Below, one piece after another: positions 29,951-39,358 of a DNA stretch of 64,000 bases. The notes under the pieces are model-generated. The model did not search any database, was not told the origin of the DNA, and was given only the letters and a program-made list of their open reading frames with translations. The stretch's first letter is position 1, and every line of letters begins with the position of its first letter. A program made the translations under genes and the position numbers. Origin of the DNA: a bacterium (GTDB lineage Bacteria > Bacillota > Clostridia > Oscillospirales > CAG-272); NCBI GenBank assembly GCA_963642885.1, contig CAVIJI010000004.1, positions 22,633 through 86,632 of the forward strand. Reading direction: 5' to 3'.

Positions 29951-31111
29951 ATGTATACATTATTGCTTGCACTGATTTACCTTGCTTTTATAAGCCTCGG
30001 GTTGCCTGACTCTCTTTTGGGCTCGGGATGGCCTGTTATGCACACAGAGATGAATGTCCCCGTTTCATGGATGGGAATTATTACCATGATTATATCGGGA
30101 GGTACAATTATCTCAAGCCTTCTTTCTGATAAGCTTACACATAAATTGGGTACAAGAATAGTAACCGTAAGCAGTGTCTTTCTTACGGTTATAGCTCTGT
30201 TCGGCTTTTCTTTTTCAAGTCGTTTCTGGATGCTGATAGTTTTTGCCGTTCCGTACGGACTCGGAGCGGGAGCAATCGATGCCGCACTGAATAACTATAT
30301 AGCGCTTCATTACAAAGCCAAGCACATGAGTTGGCTCCACTGCTTCTGGGGAGTCGGCACAATTGTCAGTCCGTTTGTTATGAGCTATGCATTGACTAAT
30401 CGAACATGGAACAGCGGATACCGCATTGTGGGATTTATGCAGCTGGCAATAGCACTGCTTTTGCTTGCAACGCTGCCGATATGGAAGGTCAACAAGAACA
30501 TAACAGAAGATAAAAATGAACGAGTGGGATTAATAGGAGCCTTAAAAATTAAGGGTGTTCCGTTTCTTCTCATAGGATTTTTTGCATATTGTGCCGCGGA
30601 ATCCACGACAATGAACTGGGCAAGCACGTATTTTGTCGAGGTAAAGGGTATATCGACGGAACAAGCCGCAAGCTTCGCATCGCTGTTCTACATAGGAATA
30701 ACCGTGGGAAGATTTATAAGCGGATTTATAACCGATAAGCTCGGTGACCGTAAAATGATTTTTATCGGTACAGGTATACTCATATGCGGAGTGTTGGCAT
30801 TATTCATTCCGACAAAATCGTACGCCGCGGCATTTGCGGCATTTCTTACGATAGGATTCGGCTGTGCTCCTATTTATCCATGTATAATTCATTCCACACC
30901 GTATAATTTCGGAGCGGAAAATTCCGGAGCGATTATCGGAATACAAATGGCCAGTGCGTATGTCGGCTCGACTTTCATGCCTCCGTTGTTCGGACTCATA
31001 GGTCACAGCCTTTCGTTTGAGATTATGCCGTTCTTTCTGCTGTTTTTCTTTGTGCTGATGATTGTAATGGTTGAAACAACATTCAGAATCACAAAAAATA
31101 ATGTACGCTGA
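29951..31111 (+). CDS. MFS transporter
   Basis: 386 aa, 12 hydrophobic helices. Confidence 0.85.
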   Translation: MYTLLLALIYLAFISLGLPDSLLGSGWPVMHTEMNVPVSWMGIITMIISGGTIISSLLSDKLTHKLGTRIVTVSSVFLTVIALFGFSFSSRFWMLIVFAVPYGLGAGAIDAALNNYIALHYKAKHMSWLHCFWGVGTIVSPFVMSYALTNRTWNSGYRIVGFMQLAIALLLLATLPIWKVNKNITEDKNERVGLIGALKIKGVPFLLIGFFAYCAAESTTMNWASTYFVEVKGISTEQAASFASLFYIGITVGRFISGFITDKLGDRKMIFIGTGILICGVLALFIPTKSYAAAFAAFLTIGFGCAPIYPCIIHSTPYNFGAENSGAIIGIQMASAYVGSTFMPPLFGLIGHSLSFEIMPFFLLFFFVLMIVMVETTFRITKNNVR

Positions 31112-31120
31112 ATACCGTTG

Positions 31121-31149
31121 TTGACAGAACGTGCTTATTCTGATATAAT
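31121..31149 (+). promoter_or_regulatory. Consensus sigma-70 promoter for the GH29 gene
   Basis: TTGACA-17 nt-TATAAT, an exact match. Confidence 0.6.
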
Positions 31150-31188
31150 TTTACATATAATAAGCTTAAAGCATTATAGGAGACAGAT

Positions 31189-32154
31189 ATGAGCAGCTTA
31201 CGGGAATTACAAAAAAACTTTATCAATGAGCGTCTCGGTACGTTTATACACTGGAACAGTGCGGCTGTACAGTTCCACAATTCAAAAGATATAATAGACT
31301 GGGAATACGATGTTGAAAACGGCGGTGCGGAAAGAATATACCCGTTTAATGAAGCAGACTGGAATCCCAAACACCTCGATTGCGGAAAGTGGGCTAAAAT
31401 AGCTAAAAGCGCGGGATGTCGTTTTGCTATTCTTACGGCTAAGCATCATGAAGGCTTCTGCCTTTGGAACAGCGCATATACCGAGCACTGTGTAAAAAAC
31501 GCAACCAATAAAACAGATGTTATAAAGGAATTTCTCGAAGCTTTCCGTGCGGAGGGAATCAAAGCAGGTTTATATTTTTCGATTTTGGATTTAACGTCTA
31601 AACTGGGCAGATACGAATTTACGGAAGAGCACAGAAAAATGGTACTCGGTCAGATATCGGAACTTCTGTCGAATTACGGAGAAATTCCGTACCTTGTTAT
31701 TGACGGTTGGAATGCTCCGTGGGGAGGTCCTTCATACGCTGTTCTTCCTTTCGAAGAGGTTGACGCACTTGTTAAAAAGCTCCAGCCGAATTGTCTTCTC
31801 ATGAACATAGGATGCACAGAAGGTATAAAGGGAACGGATATTGTATTCTTCGAAAACGGTGCGGGACAGAATGTCGAAGAAGGCTTTGAAGGCCCCGGAG
31901 CACTTTGCCAGAAGCTTACTAAAACGTGGTTCAATCGTGATGAGCACAAGGAACAGCCTGTTAAGGATACTGAATGGGCGATAAATCTCATGAACAGCTG
32001 CTTTACCATGAATGTTAACTTCATTATGAACCTCAGCCCCGATGAGGACGGAGTAATCGGAGATAACCTTGCACAGAGATTTGCCGAAATAGGCAAGGAA
32101 GTTAAGCTGCCCGCTCCGCTTGAAACAATTCCGTCAAGCTGGCAGGGAAGATAA
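31189..32154 (+). CDS. Alpha-L-fucosidase, GH29
   Basis: 321 aa with GTFIHWN and AKHHEGFCLWNS motifs. Confidence 0.8.
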   Translation: MSSLRELQKNFINERLGTFIHWNSAAVQFHNSKDIIDWEYDVENGGAERIYPFNEADWNPKHLDCGKWAKIAKSAGCRFAILTAKHHEGFCLWNSAYTEHCVKNATNKTDVIKEFLEAFRAEGIKAGLYFSILDLTSKLGRYEFTEEHRKMVLGQISELLSNYGEIPYLVIDGWNAPWGGPSYAVLPFEEVDALVKKLQPNCLLMNIGCTEGIKGTDIVFFENGAGQNVEEGFEGPGALCQKLTKTWFNRDEHKEQPVKDTEWAINLMNSCFTMNVNFIMNLSPDEDGVIGDNLAQRFAEIGKEVKLPAPLETIPSSWQGR

Positions 32155-32164
32155 AAGTTAAAAT

Positions 32165-32195
32165 AAAAAATGACTGCATGGTGCAGTCATTTTTT
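32165..32195. terminator. Bidirectional terminator (GH29 / GH43)
   Basis: aaaaaatgactgca-tgg-tgcagtcatttttt. Confidence 0.8.
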
Positions 32196-32203
32196 AGTAC
32201 TGT

Positions 32204-33157
32204 TTATTTCAGAAGAAGATCAAAATCCTCGTTTCTGTCGCAAACCAGCTTTCCGTCTTTAATGTGAAGCTCGGCAATGTGTACGGCAGTAGGTGCGTGT
32301 TCCTTGTTTATCGGGTTTTCGGCGTTCATAGTGTCATTATAATGGACAAAATAAACGATGTATGCTCTGTCTCCGCAGCAAAGTACATCCGCGTGTCTTC
32401 CTATTGCACCGTCAAGCTGTCGCTTGCTTTCGTCACACAGCAGATGTGCTCCTTCCTGACGAGTGAAATCGGTGAGGTTGTCCGATGAATATATTGCCTG
32501 TCCCCTCCACTCGTCGGCAATAAGCCAGTATTTTCCGCCGAACTCGAATACATTCGGTCCTTCCTGTGCATTATCGAATGTTGCCTGACCTACATCATTC
32601 CAGTTGTAAAGGTCATTGCTGTCTGCGTAGAACGTGTGTGCACCGCTCTTTTCATCTTTGTACCACATACGCCATACTCCACTCGGGAGTTTGAAGAGAC
32701 AAGGATCGATAATGCGCTTTGAGCCCACCTCGAGCTTTCCTATGTGATTCCAGCTGAACAAATCCTCTGATGTGTAATGATGTATGGAGGCGTCTCCGTC
32801 CCAACGGCTGTGAATTCCGCGGATGTAGGTGACATACATATGGTACAGTGATGATTTTTCATCCCAGACAATCTCCGGAGCCCAGAAGGTATTGTCTCCG
32901 AATTCGAATTCCAAATCGAGAGCACCGCGGTAATACCAATATGAGCCATCGGCGTATGCTTCGGCTACACCGATTTTCGAACCGTAGCAATAGGCAACAC
33001 TTCCTTCGGTGGCGGTGCTTGCTCTGCGCTGAGTGTAGAACATATAAAATTTACCGTTCTGAACATTTTTTATAACCATAGGGTCGGCGGGTCCGTTATA
33101 CACGGGATCGACAAATACGGGAGCAATGCTTTTACTCATTATATTACTCACTTTCAT
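32204..33157 (-). CDS. Glycoside hydrolase family 43-like (five-bladed beta-propeller)
   Basis: 317 aa with DPMVIKN, FYMFYT and WAPEIVWD. The alternative ATG at 33139 (MSKSIAP) is more likely. Confidence 0.7.
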   Translation of the reverse strand: MKVSNIMSKSIAPVFVDPVYNGPADPMVIKNVQNGKFYMFYTQRRASTATEGSVAYCYGSKIGVAEAYADGSYWYYRGALDLEFEFGDNTFWAPEIVWDEKSSLYHMYVTYIRGIHSRWDGDASIHHYTSEDLFSWNHIGKLEVGSKRIIDPCLFKLPSGVWRMWYKDEKSGAHTFYADSNDLYNWNDVGQATFDNAQEGPNVFEFGGKYWLIADEWRGQAIYSSDNLTDFTRQEGAHLLCDESKRQLDGAIGRHADVLCCGDRAYIVYFVHYNDTMNAENPINKEHAPTAVHIAELHIKDGKLVCDRNEDFDLLLK

Positions 33158-33392
33158 AAAAAATTTTAATATTGAAATTCATTCGGCGGCGGTGTGCAAA
33201 TACACCTTTCCTGCCGAAGTCTCATGCAATATGGGGATTTACTAATAAAAAATACCGTGACTTTAATATTTTACGACGATTATGATCTGACACATAAATA
33301 AGCAGACCGAAGAGCGCAAATTTAACCATCACGGTATTTTATTGTTTAGGTTTGTTCTTATATCAAGGAAAAATACGATTTATGCGGTAAAT

Positions 33393-34817
33393 TTATTTCT
33401 TTTGAAGAACGGATACAGCTTCCGTAATAGTTTTTTCATGTGCAAGCATACCATACTTGTCAACATCTGATTTGCTCTTTTCTCCGTGAGTGAGACATCC
33501 CGCACCGCCGATACAACCGCCGATACAAGCCATACCTTCTATGAAGTTTGCATCAAGGAGATTCTTGCTCTTTTTAAGAAGAGCGACACGGCAAGCCTCG
33601 ATACCGTCGCATGCGCACGCGTTAAGCTTAAAGTCATCAAGTCCCTGTTCCTTGAGTCCCTCCGCTACAGCGTCGGAAAGTCCGCCCGAACGTGCGAATA
33701 TTCTTCCGTAATAGGACGCATTGTCGAGAACATCTTCCTCGAGAGTCGTTATATCTATGTCGCGGCTGTCAAACAGTGCCTGAAGTTCCTCGAATGTCAA
33801 AACAACATCCACATACGGTTTTACCGTATCGAGCTGAGCCTCTGCCTTTTTAGCGGTACAAGGACCGATAAATATGATTTTCGCATTTTCTTCTGTTTCC
33901 TTAATGTATTTGGAAATAGCTCCCATAGGTGAGAGGTTATGCGATATGAAGGGAACGAGAGTCGGGAAGTTTTTCTTTACATATGCGACAAAAGCGGGAC
34001 AGCAGGAACTCGTTAAAAATCCCTTTTCGGCAAGCTCTTTGGATTCGGACTGAGCTACCATATCGGCACCGAGCGCGGCTTCGATTACCGTATGGAATCC
34101 GAGCTTTTTCATTCCCGTGATAACCTGACCGAGCTTAGCGTACGTAAACTGGCTCGAAATAGAAGGAGCGACAATAGCATATACCTTGTTCTGACCGTCG
34201 CGGTTTTTCAGCAGTTCGATAGCATCGATAATGTACGACTTATCCATAATCGCACCGAAAGGACATTGATATACACAAGCTCCGCATGATATGCACTTAT
34301 TGTTATCGATAGCGGCGGCTTTGTTCTCGTTCATTGAAATAGCTTTGACCTTACATGCGTTCTGGCAGGGACGTTTGCGGCTTACGATAGCGGTATACGG
34401 GCACACCTTAGCACAAGCTCCGCATTCAACACATTTGGTTTTGTCTATATGCGCAACATGATTTTCGTCGAACGAAATCGCACCTCTCTTACATACGTCC
34501 TCGCAGCGGTGAGCAAGACATCCGCGGCACGCATTCGTGACCTCGTAACCGCCAACGGGACATTCATCGCAGGCGATCTCGATAACCTCGATAACGTTCG
34601 GATTGGTTTTGTCACCGCCCATGGCGAGCTTTACTCTTTCACCGAGTATAGCTCTTTCTTTATATACACAACAGCGCATGGTCGGAGTGTTTCCGGGGAC
34701 GATAATCTTCGGAATATCGAGCAAATTATCGAGAAGCGTATCGGTCCATGCCTGACGTGCAACTTCACGAAGAACCTTATATTTTAAGTGCTGTACTTTA
34801 GTGTCGAATTTTCTCAT
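33393..34817 (-). CDS. [FeFe] hydrogenase, group B-like (ferredoxin domains + H-cluster domain)
   Basis: 474 aa with two CxxCxxCxxxCP motifs. H-cluster motifs are TSSCCPAF, GPCTAKKAE and MACIGGCIGG. Confidence 0.85.
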   Translation of the reverse strand: MRKFDTKVQHLKYKVLREVARQAWTDTLLDNLLDIPKIIVPGNTPTMRCCVYKERAILGERVKLAMGGDKTNPNVIEVIEIACDECPVGGYEVTNACRGCLAHRCEDVCKRGAISFDENHVAHIDKTKCVECGACAKVCPYTAIVSRKRPCQNACKVKAISMNENKAAAIDNNKCISCGACVYQCPFGAIMDKSYIIDAIELLKNRDGQNKVYAIVAPSISSQFTYAKLGQVITGMKKLGFHTVIEAALGADMVAQSESKELAEKGFLTSSCCPAFVAYVKKNFPTLVPFISHNLSPMGAISKYIKETEENAKIIFIGPCTAKKAEAQLDTVKPYVDVVLTFEELQALFDSRDIDITTLEEDVLDNASYYGRIFARSGGLSDAVAEGLKEQGLDDFKLNACACDGIEACRVALLKKSKNLLDANFIEGMACIGGCIGGAGCLTHGEKSKSDVDKYGMLAHEKTITEAVSVLQKK

Positions 34818-34835
34818 CTATCATTAACCTCTTAC

Positions 34836-36008
34836 TTAGAAATAAATAACTTTAATACGTTTGCCCATTTTCTTGAGACATCCTGACAGCTCTTCGACAA
34901 GATTCATTTTAATATTGAAATTAATGGGAAGATCGGGGTTCTGATGCGCAGGGTTGACAGCTCGTCCGACAAAGAAATTTATATCGGTCGCTTCTTCGAA
35001 CAGCATACGCGATATGAGTGAGGCGCCGTCTCTTTTATATCCCCATTGTTCATAGCTCTCGTTGTCTCGCAGGTAATCCTTTGCGTACTCCACAACTCTG
35101 TTGACTGTTATAACACCTTCCGTAACAAGGTCGACACCTTCTATTTCGGCAATCGGGGGAATATCGCTTCTTTCGAAATTGAGACTCGTTTTAAGCTCCT
35201 TACCGAGATATTTAGCCGCAATAGATGATGTTGTACCTCCGCAGACTATGTGCTTTCCTTCCTTTGAGAAGAACAGTGACATCATTCTGTCGCAGTCGTC
35301 GCGGTTTCGCGGCGGGCCGAACAGCATATTCATCGGAACACGTTTGCGTATACGGACAATGCACGCCGTTGCGTCATCGCCCGGCTTATTATCGTATAAT
35401 TTGTTGCACTCATCCACAAGAATCGTGGATAGTGTTTTCGCCGTATATCCGACATGTGAGATGGACTCCATGAAGGAGGTGATATCTTCTCTTTTCCAGC
35501 CGAAGTTGTATGCAAGTCCGATACCGGCATGCGGACATCCGTCACTCATGGCGATAAATATATCGTTTTCGGCAAGCTTAATCTGCGATTTGTATATTTT
35601 CTTACCGCCGATGTTCATTTCCGTCATGGGGTAGTCGTAATTTTTACAGTTTCTGATAAGTATAATCTGAGGGTTATCATATTGAATAAGCTCTGCGTAA
35701 GAATTATCAATAAGATGGATTATGGTAAAGGTAGAATATGCCACACCTCTTACGGAGCAAACGGGAAGTGTCGCCGCTATGGTTTCCACACAATCTTCGA
35801 GTGAAAGTCCTTCCGCCATCATAGTCGAGATAATCTTGGATGTCAGAGTGGAAAGAATGCTTGCTTTAACTCCGCTTCCCAAGCCGTCTGCAAGTACGAT
35901 AACCGTGGAGTTTTCGTTCTGTTCGATTATATCCACATGGTCTCCGCAGAGCTGTTCGCCGTAATGATTTATGCTTTTATATCCGATATCGGCACACAGA
36001 TCATTCAT
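34836..36008 (-). CDS. SpoIIE/PP2C-type serine/threonine protein phosphatase
   Basis: The start is placed at ATG 36008 (MNDLCADIGYKSINHYGEQLCGDHVD...ADGLGSGVKA). It overlaps the hydS stop by 8 nt (ATGAATGA). The track ORF extends further upstream. Confidence 0.85.
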   Translation of the reverse strand: MNDLCADIGYKSINHYGEQLCGDHVDIIEQNENSTVIVLADGLGSGVKASILSTLTSKIISTMMAEGLSLEDCVETIAATLPVCSVRGVAYSTFTIIHLIDNSYAELIQYDNPQIILIRNCKNYDYPMTEMNIGGKKIYKSQIKLAENDIFIAMSDGCPHAGIGLAYNFGWKREDITSFMESISHVGYTAKTLSTILVDECNKLYDNKPGDDATACIVRIRKRVPMNMLFGPPRNRDDCDRMMSLFFSKEGKHIVCGGTTSSIAAKYLGKELKTSLNFERSDIPPIAEIEGVDLVTEGVITVNRVVEYAKDYLRDNESYEQWGYKRDGASLISRMLFEEATDINFFVGRAVNPAHQNPDLPINFNIKMNLVEELSGCLKKMGKRIKVIYF

Positions 36009-37686
36009 CTGAAATCGACTCCTTAAGTTTAGTAAGAGCAATTTTGGTTTCCGCAGCGGTTTCACCGAGCAGCGAAGCAATTTCCTGTACGATACGCATT
36101 TGCTTGTCAACAACCTTGTCGGCAATTTCGACTGTCTGACGGCTGATGTTTTCCTTCTTTTCGCGTTCGTTTTCTTCGTCCGTTACATCACGCATTATGC
36201 AGATGAGCAAACGATATTCCTTGTCGTAAATGACGGTTTGTTCGACGTATTTACCGTATTCGGCAAGGTAAACGCGCTGATTGCGAACATCATGGCCGCT
36301 GTTGAGTACATCGAGGAATACCTTGGGATCGAGTATACGGACGACGAGGTCACCGAGAACATCTGACGCCGAACGGATATTCATAATTTTGCGAGCCGCG
36401 GTGTTGATTTGCTGAACCTCGAGCTTCTCGTTAAGAACGATAAGTCCGTTGGGTGTATTGTTGACGATACTGTCGGAGAAGCTTTCCGCTTTATCCTTAA
36501 GATAAGGCAGGCACATGGAGATTTCGGCTTTATTCTGATATATCGCAATTGCCTTTTCTCGGCAGGTGTTGTAACCGCACGAACCGCAGTTGAGCTCATC
36601 GGAAGGCTTCATCTTACCCATCTGACGAAGAATATCGCGGATTTCATCATCTGTAGGCATTTGCGAATGACGCTCGATGTATGTAAATGTCTTTCTGAGC
36701 TGAACCTCATCCGGCTGATTTACCGCGAAATCCTGTTTTCCCGCATAATTGGATACGGCTATATAATCCTTTACGGGAGAACGGTGGTATTTTTCCATTA
36801 CGGGGCCGCCTATACAGCTGCCGACACATGCCGACATTTCGATAAAGCACTTGTGAAGTCCGCCGTTTTCTATATCCTTTAATGCCGCTATGCAGTTTTC
36901 CACTCCGTCGACGGCAAGGTATGTGTATCCGGGCTCGTTTTGAGCCATGGTTTTCAATACACCGCCTGTGGTGGGGAAGAATCTCGCACGGCTGTTATCG
37001 TCGGAATCACTTTTTTTCTCAAGCACAATATGTTCGCTTTCGAACCATTTAGTGAGTTCTTCAAAGGTAAGAACCGCATCGACGATTCCTTCGTAATAAT
37101 CCCCTTCATCCTTTTTTGCGACACAGGGGCCGATGAATACCGTTTTTGCATCGGGTATTCTGTTTTTTATGTCACGGCAGTGTGCCTGCATGGGAGACAG
37201 TACATCAGCCAAATATTGGAGCTCTTTCGGAAAATATTTTTGAATAAGGAGGTTTACCGAATGACAGCACGAGGAAATTACGATGTCTCTGTGTTCTTCG
37301 TGAAGCATACGTTCATATTCCGTTTTAACCATTGTGGCACCGACAGCGGTTTCTTCCACACCGGCAAACCCCAGCTTACATAGTGCGTTCCGCATTGCTT
37401 CTATTCCGACGCCGTCATAGTTGGCGATAAACGACGGAGCGAGGCTGACGTAAACCGGACTGCCCGATTGAATTAAAACTTTGACCTTTTCGGTTTCGTT
37501 TACGATTTCCTTGGCATCCTGCGGACATACTACAAAGCATTGGCCGCAAAGTATGCATTCGTTTCCGATTATATGAGCCTGATTGCCCGAAAAGCGAATC
37601 GATTTTACGGGACAATGTCGAATACATTTGTAGCAGTTCTTGCAGTTGGATTTCTTCAATGTAAGATAATTTGCCACCCAAATCAT
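36001..37686 (-). CDS. hydS: Putative sensory [FeFe] hydrogenase with C-terminal PAS domain (HydS / HfsB-like, group C)
   Basis: 561 aa with N-terminal 4Fe-4S motifs. H-cluster motifs are variant: SSCCHS, GPCVAKKDE, MSACVGSCIGGP. There is an extra CGSCGYNTC cluster and a PAS-like C-terminus. Confidence 0.85.
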   Translation of the reverse strand: MIWVANYLTLKKSNCKNCYKCIRHCPVKSIRFSGNQAHIIGNECILCGQCFVVCPQDAKEIVNETEKVKVLIQSGSPVYVSLAPSFIANYDGVGIEAMRNALCKLGFAGVEETAVGATMVKTEYERMLHEEHRDIVISSCCHSVNLLIQKYFPKELQYLADVLSPMQAHCRDIKNRIPDAKTVFIGPCVAKKDEGDYYEGIVDAVLTFEELTKWFESEHIVLEKKSDSDDNSRARFFPTTGGVLKTMAQNEPGYTYLAVDGVENCIAALKDIENGGLHKCFIEMSACVGSCIGGPVMEKYHRSPVKDYIAVSNYAGKQDFAVNQPDEVQLRKTFTYIERHSQMPTDDEIRDILRQMGKMKPSDELNCGSCGYNTCREKAIAIYQNKAEISMCLPYLKDKAESFSDSIVNNTPNGLIVLNEKLEVQQINTAARKIMNIRSASDVLGDLVVRILDPKVFLDVLNSGHDVRNQRVYLAEYGKYVEQTVIYDKEYRLLICIMRDVTDEENEREKKENISRQTVEIADKVVDKQMRIVQEIASLLGETAAETKIALTKLKESISDE

Positions 37687-37698
37687 CCTTTCTGTGGA

Positions 37699-37947
37699 TT
37701 ACTTTAGTTTTGCAAGAATATTCTTTTCAAAGAATTCTTTGAAATTTTCTTTTGTTATACCGGTGAAGATTTCATCATCAACGGTTATCGTAACTCCTAT
37801 GCGGTTGCATTTACCTGTGCAAAAGCTTCCCGCGAGAGTAACATCTGCTTCCAGCTTATTGTCGGCTATAGCTTTCTGCATGAGTTCTATTATTTCCTGA
37901 GAACCTTTTAGATAGCATGAGCTTCCGACACATATTTCAATAACCAT
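37699..37947 (-). CDS. Thioredoxin-like [2Fe-2S] ferredoxin (NuoE/HndA-like, small)
   Basis: 82 aa with Cys pattern C6-x4-C11...C43-x3-C47. Confidence 0.75.
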   Translation of the reverse strand: MVIEICVGSSCYLKGSQEIIELMQKAIADNKLEADVTLAGSFCTGKCNRIGVTITVDDEIFTGITKENFKEFFEKNILAKLK

Positions 37948-37970
37948 AACAATATACCGCTCCGCGTGTA

Positions 37971-38213
37971 TCAGTTAAGTTTTGCGAGAACTTCGTTTTT
38001 GAAAAAGTCGTCGACTGTATCGGGAGAAACGGAATAGAAGGTATCATCTACGGTTACGCAAACACCTTCCTTGCATCTTCCCATGCAGAATGTTCCCGCG
38101 AGCTCTACCTTTCCGTCGAGGTTATTTTCGGCAACGAGCTTCTGTAATGCTTCTACAACATAACGGGAGCCTTTGAGATGACATGAGCTTCCTATACAAA
38201 CTGTGATTTTCAT
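37971..38213 (-). CDS. Thioredoxin-like [2Fe-2S] ferredoxin (tandem paralog)
   Basis: 80 aa with the same C-x4-C...C-x3-C pattern. It is colinear with the neighbouring 82-aa protein. Confidence 0.75.
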   Translation of the reverse strand: MKITVCIGSSCHLKGSRYVVEALQKLVAENNLDGKVELAGTFCMGRCKEGVCVTVDDTFYSVSPDTVDDFFKNEVLAKLN

Positions 38214-38286
38214 GATAATTCTCCTCTTTTATCTTTAAATAATATAAGTTTAAAAAAATGAAGACCAGCTTATATCAATCCAAAGC

Positions 38287-38315
38287 ATTATATCATACAT
38301 CATCATTTTATACAA
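38287..38315 (-). promoter_or_regulatory. Candidate promoter of the hydrogenase operon
   Basis: Minus strand reads TTGTAT-17 nt-TATAAT, between the LysR stop and the first ferredoxin gene. Confidence 0.45.
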
Positions 38316-38351
38316 TACTCTGTTTGACATAAAGGTATATCAAAAATGATA

Positions 38352-39290
38352 TTACTCCGAATCTTTTTTGACAAATCTCTCTTTTGCCGCCATCAGCTCA
38401 TCGATAAATTTCAAATCAAGCGGCGTGAGATTATAATCTTTTTTGTAAATAAGTACGTCTTTGTAGATTTTCGTGTTGTCCTCGCATACGCGCTGAACGA
38501 GATCGTATCTTTCTACCATATCATACGGGAGCGGTGAAACCCACATGAAGGTACGGCTGTTTGAGGAAAGAAGCTCGAACTGGCTGGCACGCTCGAATAT
38601 AAATATGCGCTTGTTTATATCGTCCGGCAATTCTTCTTTCTTTACCTCATAAAACGGCAATGACGGAACGTATGGATCCGCATGCGCTATTTCGATATAA
38701 TCTTTGAGGTCGGAGTATAGAATCTTCGGCTTGAGTGCCAGCTTATGCTCACAGCTCATAAGCAGAATATACGAAAAATCGGTTATCGTTTCATACGCGA
38801 ATCCCTTTTCATCAAGCATATTACGGAAATATTTGTCAAAGTGTTCCGCGTATCGTATTATTCCGAGCTTGTAGTCCGATTTCAGTATATTGTTGATAAC
38901 TCGCATGGAGTTTGTCTCTTTGTAAAAAATTTCGGCTGCCGCATCGGAACGTATGCTGTTTGTGAATTTCGAAAACGCATATGAAATATAACTTGCTCTC
39001 GGTACGGATATCGAAAAACGCTGCTTCGCACTGTTTTCCGATTTATATAGCTCTTCGATTTCGTCCACCTGACGGAGGATTTTTTGAGCATAGGCAATAA
39101 AGCCCTCTCCTTCGGGAGTCAATACCATTCCCTTTGAAGAACGCTGAAAAATCGTAATTCCGAGAGAGGTTTCAAGCTCTTTTATGGCGCGGCTGAGATT
39201 GGGCTGACCCATATACAGGTTATCGGCTGCTTTGTTAATCGAACCGCAGCGTGCAACTTCGACCGCGTATTTCAGATGGACCAAATTCAA
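38352..39290 (-). CDS. LysR family transcriptional regulator
   Basis: 312 aa with wHTH LKYAVEVARCGSINKAADNLYMGQPNLSRAIKELE. Confidence 0.9.
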   Translation of the reverse strand: MNLVHLKYAVEVARCGSINKAADNLYMGQPNLSRAIKELETSLGITIFQRSSKGMVLTPEGEGFIAYAQKILRQVDEIEELYKSENSAKQRFSISVPRASYISYAFSKFTNSIRSDAAAEIFYKETNSMRVINNILKSDYKLGIIRYAEHFDKYFRNMLDEKGFAYETITDFSYILLMSCEHKLALKPKILYSDLKDYIEIAHADPYVPSLPFYEVKKEELPDDINKRIFIFERASQFELLSSNSRTFMWVSPLPYDMVERYDLVQRVCEDNTKIYKDVLIYKKDYNLTPLDLKFIDELMAAKERFVKKDSE

Positions 39291-39358
39291 TTAATCGTAC
39301 CTCCGTACATGAAAAGATTGTATATCGAGAATATCACGCAGTAAATCTACGGATAAAC

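Noticed and set aside
33248-33340. A 12-bp inverted repeat (aaaataccgtga / tcacggtatttt) flanking 68 bp, considered as a possible invertible promoter switch.
   Set aside because: It is too short, there is no recombinase nearby and no promoter inside. On the minus strand it is followed by a T-run, so it fits a large-loop terminator of the hydrogenase operon.
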